Positions 13,031 to 24,075 of a stretch of 64,000 bases of DNA are shown here, piece after piece. A program made the position numbers and the translations under genes. Every line of letters begins with the position of its first letter. Within the stretch, counting starts at the first letter, position 1. The notes beneath the pieces were generated by a model, which worked only from the letters and a program-made list of their open reading frames with translations, did not search any database and was not told the DNA's origin. The DNA is from Phoronis australis (taxonomy: Eukaryota; Animalia; Phoronida): contig NMRA01000333.1 in the NCBI GenBank assembly GCA_002633005.1, positions 1 through 64,000 on the forward strand, in the 5' to 3' direction.

Positions 13031-14186
13031 GCGTGTCTACTTTCATAACCATAAATAGGTTTAAGAAAAGCTGTGTTAGAATATACTNCCCGCAATACAG
13101 GCCGCCTGTGCGCATGGCACATGCAATAGCACTTTGTCCAACAACTCTCAGAAGTTTTGTTCAAGACCCACAGACTGCCAATAAATAGTAGCTAAAACGG
13201 TAAGTCATTCTACATCACAGACATCTGATCGCCAAAAACAAACACAATAACAACTGTTGGAACCCCTCCCCTTATGGTATCCTAGACCCGCCACTGTTTT
13301 ATCATGAAAATCGTTTCGCTAAGAACAAATGTAGTGTATTCAGGGGTATATATTGACATGTCGCGCACTCTGGTGGTACCCACGTTCACCCCAGATATGA
13401 GCCGGCTCGGTTGGGTATATTTTCAATCGGTTTCTAGAAGGAAATTCTGTATTTTGGGTGTGGGTCTGATGCTTAATTCAGTCGCACAGGTTTGATATTT
13501 TGTTACTATGCCCCTTTTTCATAGTTTTTAATCACAAAAATAGCTCGTTAGCAAGCAGTGCAACTACACATTTTTAATGTCACCTTTGACATAAGTACAG
13601 TAAGAGGGCTTTGTTATTTTATTACAGCAGAAATATTTGGACTGGGCCTACATACTAAGAAATGAGTTTTTAAAGCAGTATGTGTTTCGATAAAGAACAT
13701 ATTGTTCACTAAAATGTACTGATTTGGACGACTGGCGAGTAAATTAGGGTATACAGATGTTGTGCTTCAGTACAGGCGTACAAGTGAAAACATAAGTTTG
13801 TCATTGAATACCATATTTACCTCTGAACATTTAACAAACAGTTTCATCAGTGGATAACAGCATGTGCATGTTCAATGATTTTTTAACTGATTATGTGGTC
13901 AAAATTAACAAGACTGAGAAGGAAACAACTCATGGTTGCAAGCTTATACCTAAAAAACCTAGTGTCAGCATAACATGGGTGAACCAAAAAATCCAATGAC
14001 TGGACCAAATAACTGAATGACTCACTCACTGGCCAAACCGAAAAACTCAGCTCTTTCACTGCAGTCACTGAAGTCAGTGACCCAGGACCCCTCTAGGTTT
14101 TTAGATTCACCCACACTGTTTCAGCCGCGGTATAACCATGCATTATTTCAGCCCCTTCAGGATCATAAAATATGTTATTTTTAACA

Positions 14187-14600
14187 AAACGGCAAGTTGC
14201 TCAACATCACAGACATCTGACGACCAACAAACACAATAACAACAGTCAGAAGTTTTGTTCAAGACCCATAAACTGCCAATTTAAAGTAACTAAAACGGCA
14301 AGTTGGTCTACATCACATACATCTGACCACCAACAAATACAATAACAACTGTCAGACGTTGTTCAAGATCATCTGCCAAATAAGAAGTAACTATAACGGC
14401 AAGTCGTTCCACATCACAGACATCTGATCACCAACAAACACAATAACAACTGTCAGAAGTTTTGTTCAAGGCCCAGAGACTGCCAATAAAAAGTCACTGA
14501 AACGGCAAGTCGGTCTACATCACAGACATCTGATCATCAATAAACACAATAACAACTCTCAGACGTTTTGCTCAAGTCCCATAAGCTGACAATAAAAAGT
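14187..14600. repeat. Tandem array of ~105-110-bp units (about 4 copies), with one extra copy at ~13139-13258
   Basis: Recurring AAACGGCAAGT...CATCACAGACATCTGA...AAACACAATAACAAC..TCAGAAGTTTTGTTCAAG. Confidence 0.9.
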
Positions 14601-14657
14601 AACGGTGATGTCTATTACCAGATCTTCTAACGCGGGACGGCTGTCGGCTGCAACATT

Positions 14658-14684
14658 CGTAGAACCGGAAGTTTTCTATCCTGC
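14658..14684 (-). promoter_or_regulatory. Right subterminal repeat with ETS-type core (CCGGAAGT); candidate transposase promoter
   Basis: Reverse complement GCAGGATAGAAAACTTCCGGTTCTACG. A possible minus-strand donor lies at ~14615 and an acceptor at ~12753, just upstream of the THAP ATG. Confidence 0.45.
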
Positions 14685-17257
14685 GTGTGCAGCGCCCTCT
14701 CATCTTTAGTGCTTATGTCCCGTGGTCCGCGACATGCGCAACGCGCTCTAACGTGAGTTGGCGGTCCCTATCTATAGTCTATGGTGCGACAGATCACGCA
14801 GGACACTTCATTGCCAAATTGTCTTGCGAAGTGTTCTTGGCAGATACTTCCACTACATGATGCTCGGGTTGTCTTGTCTATGTTGTCTATGATGAGCAAA
14901 CTGCACCCAATTACATCCAGTAATTTTCAAATTTTGCCTGGGGAATGTCCCTCCCCCGATGGGAGGATCTCACTTCATCCCATGCTCGCATGTAGTGCCG
15001 GGTTCCGCATCCGCATCGAGCATTCACCACCACGCTCCTTTCGAAACCCAGCTAATAGGGGATCACATTTCTCATATTCGCGTGCGACAACGGGCTTTGA
15101 ACCCCGTTTTGGCCATTCACCACCACGCTCCGTGCAAAACTCAGGGGAAACACTGCCGTACGCATTGATGGCCTTTAAACTACATTGCAATAAAACGCGT
15201 AGGACTTGGCAGTGCGTGCGGCTGCCACTGCGGAGCTAATAGGTTCGAGGCCGCGCTACTATTAGTTTCTGAAGAATAAGTTTTCTCGTTATTTTTAGAA
15301 CACCATATCTCAGGAATGCCAAATAGGATTCGTGTTGAAATTTTAGATACTCTTTCTTATGCACCCTGCACAAAAATGTGTTAGGAATTGACTTTAAGGT
15401 GTTCTATTTTTTGTGAGGGGTCACATCAAGGAGAAGATTTTTTAAAGCAATTGTAAAAGGAAAAATCTACGCAAGGACTACTTTTTCATAGAAATACTTG
15501 TTTTTCAAATGGTTGCAATTATGCCATTTACCCAAGATTGTCAACAATTTAATTTTAATCATACCGATGAATCAGAAAACAGATTCGGAATATGTTTTAA
15601 TTATTTTCACACGGCTTTTGGCATCCTGAAAATATTTACTCGACACACCAACCTCGACTGATAACAATCACCCAAAAGAAACTAGTATAGTTAAGATGTG
15701 TTTACAGTGGTGTTAAACTGATGTATATCGTGAGCAGTTGAGGAGAAAGCTGCCATAAAATTACGCTCTTAATTACTAGCGTGAATTAAATTCTGGAGTG
15801 TCGCCGTACAATTGCGCTCGTAAATAATGTAAGATTCTGTCCACATGCGTGAACACTCGCAGTAGATATTAGCTAGAACACTTTTCCGTTGTGTAGGTTT
15901 GAGTAGGAGGGTGATGCTGAAGGTAAGCTACCTGGTAGGTATATTCCAAAAATTACTGCACGCGGCTCGTCAGCAAAACATGACTGTAACTAGTTTTTAT
16001 GGAATTTCCATTGACGAAATCTGATCCCAGCTGTAGAGTGTTTGCACAAAATGTAAAGACTTAGTTGTTCACACCATGGTCATAAATGTTTGAATTCTAT
16101 TAGCAACAATTCTGGCGTGATATTACTTCTTCAATTTGTGTACTTTTAATCAACAAATGAAAGCAAAAATTAATAAAATCAATTTTTGTGACGACATAAG
16201 TGAATCAGGGCACGGTCTCTATACTCATACTCGAGATTTCATACTCAAAATCGTGCTCACTGGAGTAGCACTCAAAAAAGCCTATTTAATGTCGCATTTC
16301 GAGTGTACTCCAAACGTACTCAAATCTGAGAATCGTATTCGAGTTGCTATAGAACTCTTTATGATGTGAAATGCAAAACCACGCAAAGTCGCGCTGATTC
16401 AGCGCCCCTATTCGCATAGACTACCCTAGCCAACTACATTATCGTCTGCTGTCGCTACCATTACACGAGTATAACGAAGAATGCTTAGTGTTCCGTAACT
16501 GTTATTCATTTTTTCAGTTTCAATACAAGATTCTTATACCATTTCTTGATACATTTGCCAATTATTAAGCTTTGCTTTTTGAGTTCCTAATCTCCCGACA
16601 ACGTCTTAAGAAATTTGTAACAGCATATCACATCAAAGAAAGTCACGGCCGGAGCGAAGCAGCCACATTTTCAGTGTCTGATTTAGCCAGGGAGCAAAAT
16701 GAGTTCATTTTCCCCTATACTTGACACATTTACTCCTAAAATTAGCATGGTCACACCAACTATTGAATGGCATATTGAAATTTTCTTTCTCAGTAATACG
16801 GCGGTGGATCGGTGGCCCGGGCACGGGGGTCAGGTACCATATCACATGCCTGCAACCAACATTTTTAAAGGAGAGTTCAAATTGCACATTTTCTTTGACG
16901 GAAGGTCGAATTTCAAAAGTTTGTACCTTAATTGCCAGTGGTGGCGTTTTTCTCGAGTAAGCCAGTTGTTCACGCCAGCCCGAAACGCCAGTCGACATTT
17001 GTGGGTCTCAGTTATTTGCTTCCTGGTCAACGCCTGTTCTCTCTTGCTAATTTAGTCTTGACATAGAACCCATTGCTGTGTAGACCTACGCTGATGGCAA
17101 AATTTTGATACTGTATCTTTGCATTTTACCGGGATGTATCAAGTTAGTTGACATTTGGCGCGTGAGTTTAAAAAAGTATGTGTGCAGGCATTCAGAGTTC
17201 ACCATAGAACGGGATGAGACGTCTACTCAGAAATCGGCAAACGTCTGGAATACCAAT

Positions 17258-18520
17258 TAGGGTCCATGGGCCGTAGGCCACAGGGGGCCTAGAAAACCAC
17301 TTCTGTGACCACTTTAGGGGGGCAATTTAATTCAGGTGTTTTTTATGTCACAAATCATTGCACTTTATGAATCAAAAAACTTCCCGCGTTTAAACTTTCA
17401 CATTTTTGTGAAATCTGATGTTAAAATTGTGCCAATTCAGCAAATTTTACGTGGAATTAAAAAGTTAGAAAAGAAGAAATTTAAGTGTCCATGAAGGATG
17501 ATACAGCAGACAATATTCCTACAGGCTAGATTAAGTTATAATAAACATATTGTTTGTTATATTTTTCCATGAAAATGTAGAATTATGGAAGAAATATGAA
17601 TTTATGTGTGCCACCTGTTGGCGAAATATGGAACTATCATTCATAGTGCTTTATGCTGTTTTAATGTTGGTAAAACTATAATTATCAAACTGACTATGTC
17701 TAACCCTTTTTTGTCACACATATACTAATCTGTCATACAAAAACAATCATTGCTACAAGTCCAAAGCATACAATTTGTCAAAAATTTGAGAAAAAAAGTA
17801 TAGAATAACAACAAATGCAATCGGATGAAGTACAAAATGCCGAGAAATTATCAAGATGAAAAGCCATTACTAGAGACGTAAATATGAAAATAGAAAATTT
17901 TTTTCACAAATCACCAGGCTCACTAGGCCAGTTACTAGCCTGGTTTCTATCTCTTGAGAAGTTGTCTTTCCAAGTTCCTCCGGCTGGGATGCAAGTCCGT
18001 CACACCATTACTCGTCGTCTCACTCAATTTCATCACTCACTTTAACATTCTCACACTTTTGACAGTTGCACATTTCAATGCATTTTAGTCCAGAATTTAC
18101 ACAAGAACAAATGCTTATTTAACAACATTTCACTCTTATTCCGTTTTGGACTAAGGTATTGTAGAATAGTGTAAATTATCTGTTATTTCGATTTCAGATG
18201 TCCAATACGGACACATACATTACAACCTCTTTTGAACAAAGTTTCCTCGAGCAGTGACTGTAACAGAGTCAAATATTTCCCCATGCGAGATTATTCGTTG
18301 TTCCACAACTTCAAAGCAAAACTCTCAAAATACATCTTTGAAAATTTCACTGCTTTTACTATCGTCAGATGTCTGCTTTGTTAGTGGTCTTGTGACGTTT
18401 TTGTAGGAAGAACCATGGTATTTGGCTTTGAGTGCTACCAGACCTCTTCCTTGTAATCTGATCAAAAGGTCCACGTCATTTCCTGCCTTAGCAGCATCCA
18501 AAAACAACCCACCTACAATC
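17258..18520 (-). mobile_element. Internally deleted Academ-like DNA transposon remnant
   Basis: Minus strand carries AAKAGNDVDLLIRLQGRGLVALKAKYH (DL.A..AKYH-like motif, ~18500-18415) and, only ~300 bp further, a Cys-rich tail KCC.ISICSCVNSGLKCIEMCNCQKCENV (~18135-18045). A TAGGG start at 17258 may be a terminus. The family call is from recalled motifs. Confidence 0.5.
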
Positions 18521-19001
18521 AAGCAAATTAAAAATAAAACCGTTGTCAGAGTTAAAAAATATGGAAAGCATTGTAGGTCTGACCTACAAAACGATAGATG
18601 TTGACAATTATGTATCAGTAAAAACCGAATGGAAAGACAAAGAATGACCAGAAGACAGATAGAAAACACTAGCCGGCTGTCCTCAAAAGCTAAAAAGATA
18701 CCAATTGGAATGTATGCAAAATGTTCTTGAAAACAAATTTTTGTTTGAAAATTAACATACAATTTCATGGATTTGTCAGAAAACGGGTCAAGCTTTTGAA
18801 CTAATGCCCATAGATATTTATTTTTGTGAAATTCAATAATTTGTCTTGAGAAACTACACATCAACAAAAGAAAACATAAAAACTTTCAACCAAATGTGGA
18901 AGTTGCCAAATGGAAATTATTAATTAATATGATGTAGAAAAATATATATTTAGTAACCTGATTTTTTCTCTTTTTGCTCTTTTTGCTGTAGTCCCCATAG
19001 G

Positions 19002-19269
<268 letters not shown>

Positions 19270-19789
19270 NCCTGCAATAAAAGAAAAAAAACAGAGTGTT
19301 GCCTTGGCTACTGTTAAAGTTTGTATATGCAATAAAGTCTATTATTGTTATACTGTTACCAATAAAACTTTTTTTAAAAGTGATGTTTTATATATATCAA
19401 CTGCTGCATACAGGCATTCAAACGAAAATGGCAGATGCACGCGTTGCCTGTGACTCGAGTTGCTGGCTCTTTCAGCGACAATTCAAGATCAAACAAGTGC
19501 AGTTCTTAAAACCCTAAAGCGATTTGGTTGAGAATTCAGCATTTACAACTAAACAACGGCGAAATGTCCGTGCAAATTCAGTGTGAAAATCTTGCCCCTC
19601 CTGTCTCGAGACATGGTTCAGAGATGAGATATTTCTTTACCATTTACCCTGAAATTGTATCCACTTTGGAATTTTAAGTCAAACAAAGCATCTTACCCAA
19701 GAATTGAATCGATGTTCATGTCTCCAGCTATCTCTTAGAAAAATCACGTGAGTACGCGATATTCATTCCAGGAGTACCAGAGCTAGTTC

Positions 19790-20335
19790 AGTTGATTTGT
19801 ACATCACTCGTATCAAGACAAATTTCGGTAGTATAACTTTCTTCTACTCCGCTAATAAACTATTTAATTGCCTACCTCCAACCCTAAATAACGCAAAAAT
19901 CTAACCACGCTACACTCCCTTTAAGAAAGGAAACACTTAAAATTGCTTAAACGTCTTGTCTATTTAGATTTTTTTTACGATTTACATCTTCGTTATACTT
20001 TCGTATTTCAAGCATTATTTTTTTTCTATTTACTATACTTGTGTTACTATTTAAATTATTTTTAATATACTTTCCACAAAATCTATGTGTGTTTGCCTTT
20101 CATTTCATTTCATTTCTTCTCCGTCTTCTTTGTTATTTCTTTTGTTTATGTTTTACGGTATTTTTCATATATTGGCATTCTATGTATTTATCTTTGTTCT
20201 TTTATTTTTGTTTCATGGTTATTTTATTTTATATTATATACTTTGCATATCGTTTTGAGTGAGACCTTCGGGAGAACAATAAAGTGTACTGAACAGGTTA
20301 TCCAATTTAAATCAAGATTTTTAAAATTAATTAAA
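19790..20335 (+). mobile_element. Old CR1/L2 LINE 3' fragment
   Basis: Translates RIKTNFGSITFFYSANKLFNCLPPTL, typical of an L2 ORF2 C-terminus, followed by a T-rich 3'UTR. Confidence 0.5.
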
Positions 20336-23300
20336 GAATTTACAACACTGATGACACTATCCAGCCACCATGACTAAATGAAAATGCATGACGGACGTTT
20401 TGTCCAAGGTGATAGGGAGGCCTTCATAAAAATTGTACGCAAAATAGCAACAATGACGTGGCTGAAATTGTTTCACAATTAATTTGACGTCTCGCAACAG
20501 TCAAATTTACAACGCGGATATTAAGGTTTTATAGTTTTATGCAACTCATCCCAATCACTTTCAGAAATTTGAAATCTTGCAATTTTGCTAATACAAAATA
20601 AAATTATCTGGAACAGAGAATCAGACAATGAAAAGACATCGCCCAGGTAGGTGGCTTGGAATAAACTGAAAGCTAGTTCGTCCTTGAGACCGAGATCATA
20701 AACTTGCAGGTCCACTAATCATTCAACATTCCAGCGTTGCCGACCAATCACCGTTTACCCATTAAACAGTGATTGTAATTTTGCGATCTAAGCTAGCGAG
20801 ATCCCGAGGGTACTCTCGCAAAGCACTCGCCTCTCACTTGCGAGCATTTACGGTCTTGCATGATAACACTTTTCCCCAAGAAACTTGTCCTACAGAATGT
20901 ACATCTGAACATCCTTTTCCTGTCACGCAAGTATCCTGAAGCGACGTTCTATCCGCTGTCTTGAACAAACTGAGAAAATTAAAACACGCTTATCATGCAT
21001 GGAATGTGAATTGTTCAGAACTAACTCCATGTTAATTAATACTGGCGGATCAAGGATGTCGTAAGGTAGACCTAGCAGCAATCTTTGAAAGAAACATTCC
21101 TTTAAGCCATGAACGACTGACATCCATTTCTTTTTTGGGTCTTACCGGCCCCCTTTAAATCCTTCATAGAATTTTCTCTAATTGATGGGGCAAATTAGGT
21201 TTTAGACAAGCAAACTCAGCTTTGGTTGTGGGAAGAATATTACATACCTCTTCTTAGTGATTTAAGGAGGTTAAATCCAGTTTTTCCCAGTCGACATATT
21301 TATTCACCTTGCTGGAAGTTAGACCACAAGCACAGCTAACGTTACGTAGCGTCTACTACAAGTACTGATCAGCAGTCCTACGTTTTCTTAAAAACAAAGC
21401 ACTATGACAAGTTTTGATACAATAAAAATTCATGAGAGCAGGTGATTTCCACTAAAAATCTCTTAACGTCCATTTTTCCTCTGAGATTTTGCGCCCACAA
21501 AAGGCCGCCAAGGTGCTCTTTCGAAAAAATCGGTAGGACTTTCGAAAATTTGAATTGCTTACCACAGCGCCACCATTTGACAATGGACTTTAAATCTATT
21601 GTAGGCCTAAGAGGTAGCCTGATAAGACTGCTATTGAGATTTTTAAAAATCAACTGACAAGTGATGGCGTAGGAATCGGTGATTAAATTCCTCTATGTAG
21701 ATTTTATCTTACATTGACTTGAACTATCACCAGGTTTTGCTTTATCAGCAGTTTGGCTACTTTAACAGTGTTCCATCGACGCCTCCACAACAAATCACAG
21801 ACAAACTTGAAATATCTTAACGACATTTTTCACACCTCGTTCCCGTGTCATGAATGCAAACTATCTCGTAAGAATCCCATGGGCCTTTAAGTTGGTGTTT
21901 GCTCTCGTGGAAACCGCCGGAAGTCCTAAAATAAAGCGCCATCCTGAAATTTTAAGAATTCTTATCTACTATCAGGTAACAATAACAAACATCTAACTAA
22001 CAGTTCTTCCAGTGGCTGTCAGTATGACAGTCAGTCAACGAACATTGTCCTTCAAAAACTCAGTGTGAATAACAGTTTCTTTTAGACCCCGTTCTGTTTA
22101 CTTTCTCTGTATTCTATGCACCCCCTCTTTCACAGTTTTGGATCAAAACAATCGATTGTTCATGGAGCCGTTTATGTACTTTCGCCTTTCAATAGCTTCG
22201 GCAGGCGATGTTGTGTTGGCGAGAAGTGAGGTGTTGTGCTGAAACTGTCATTTTTGCGATTTTTGTCACCCTTTTCTGAACCTTGTTTTTTTATTTCGAT
22301 GGAAAGGAAAGGACTAAAAATAAAAGTTATTGTGGTCTTGTGTAGCAGTTTTGATGAGAAAAAACTCACAATGTTACATTTTATTCGTAATAGACTTTTC
22401 GCAAGACTGGAAGAAAGACAAGTCGGTAGTATAGTAACCTGTACACTGCCAAACAAAACCCAATGCGAAATGCACAGTGTCCCCTAATTCTCTGTCTTTG
22501 AGACGTCGTCTTCTCCGAGGGTATCAGTACATTTGTACTAGCTGGCATGTTCAAACACAAAGGTAAGAATCAAATTATTACAACTGCGCTTGACTTGTGC
22601 AGTGGTCTCAAAGGCAAATGCAATGAAAAGAAAATTACGCACTCATTTGAGTTAATCAATTCAATTGCAAAAAGGGCACTTGATTACATTGTAGTGAGGC
22701 TCTAAATGATTCACCATCAACAACGAAGAAACAGCAGATAAAACAATTGCCATTGAGCGACAATGTAACAAAATACCGCAAAAGTAAAAAATGCAAAAGA
22801 AACATTGCATTTACGGCTGAAGTCGCCAGCCACCTTTACCACTCATATAGTAGTTGCTGTGTTTGCTGTCGAAGCAGACGTACTAAAGGTGACGGTGTGG
22901 TGTCGTCACGATAAAATATCTGACGTCACGAATCGTATTAAAAAATTCTAATCGAAAGCCATGACAACAACTCAATGGACATTTTTACGCTTAGAGAACT
23001 GTGTTATATACCTGGTCCTCGCTATTTGGTGGTTGCAAATGGTTCTCTGCTTAGAATTGCTTGGTTGACATAATCCATTGCAGATATCCCGCAGATATCA
23101 TACCACTCTCTACTAGTAAAAAAGTCGAGAATGCAGTTGTTGGTCACTATCAGTTCGCCAAAAATATGCCAATGCCACAAAAATATTTCCTTTTATTACC
23201 ATACGTACACAGATACATGATCGAGCAGTAAGATCGTGATTAGATATATAATACATAATACACAACACATATATACAATATATGGATAACATTAAACAGG

Positions 23301-24075
23301 CAAACATTGAGATTAAGTTTGCCAATAACACAGTAATTATTAACACCAGCTGTAAAACGCAATCTAGATTATGAGTATGAATCCAATACAATATAGTATT
23401 TGTATGTTAAACCTATGCCCCGGACAGTATTACAGCCCGAAGGTAGTCGCACTTGTTCGGTGTAGTCGGTGGTCGTCATCAATTTTCAGAAATGCATTGC
23501 ACTTAAAATACACACATATGCACGTAAATAGATACAAAATTGAACAGTGATAACGCGAGCAAGGAAACTTTCCGTTTTTTCTTTACTAATAAAATTCCCC
23601 AAATTTGTTTATCAGCACATGTTTACTCACGACTTCCTGGCCTTCAACTCATATAGTATACAATAGATTTTAAATTTCTTCAAAAGTACACAACTGCATT
23701 GTACTAACAATAAAAACACGAAAAACACATTTTGATAAGCTGCCCTGAGGGGCATTGTCTTTACAGAGCATTAACTTTTGAAAATTAAACGATGATGGCA
23801 CGTGCGAGTCTTTTGCTAAAAGCTAGGTTCTCAAGTCTAGGCCACTGTGACGGCCATTTTGATGTTATAATTTGCACGTTCCATTTTCGAGCTCGCAATT
23901 TTAGGACAAATGCCTAAGCGTTTTTTTCTCGGGTCGCAGATGGTTTCGATGTTCTCGGTAGAAATAGAATCCTTTTACTATAAGGGGTTATGAGACCGAT
24001 ATTTTATGGTAAAAGGTGGAATTAAATTTTTATTTTAGCTAGCTAAACAGGCTGTAACGCCGCTTTGAATTTTGC

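Larger units (their letters stand above)
3681..14783. mobile_element. P-superfamily (THAP9-like) DNA transposon, ~11.1 kb, two convergent genes, degenerate
   Basis: GTGCGAC direct repeat at 3674-3680 and 14784-14790 (7-bp TSD). Termini CAAAGATATTAG... and ...CTATAGTCTATG form an imperfect CA..TG TIR. Subterminal inverted 27-mer at 3746-3772 and 14658-14684 matches 22/27. Encloses a THAP/P transposase gene. Confidence 0.85.

Noticed and set aside
14187-14600. CRISPR-like repeat-spacer array
   Set aside because: Whole units are homologous with no unique spacers, the context is eukaryotic, and there are no cas genes.
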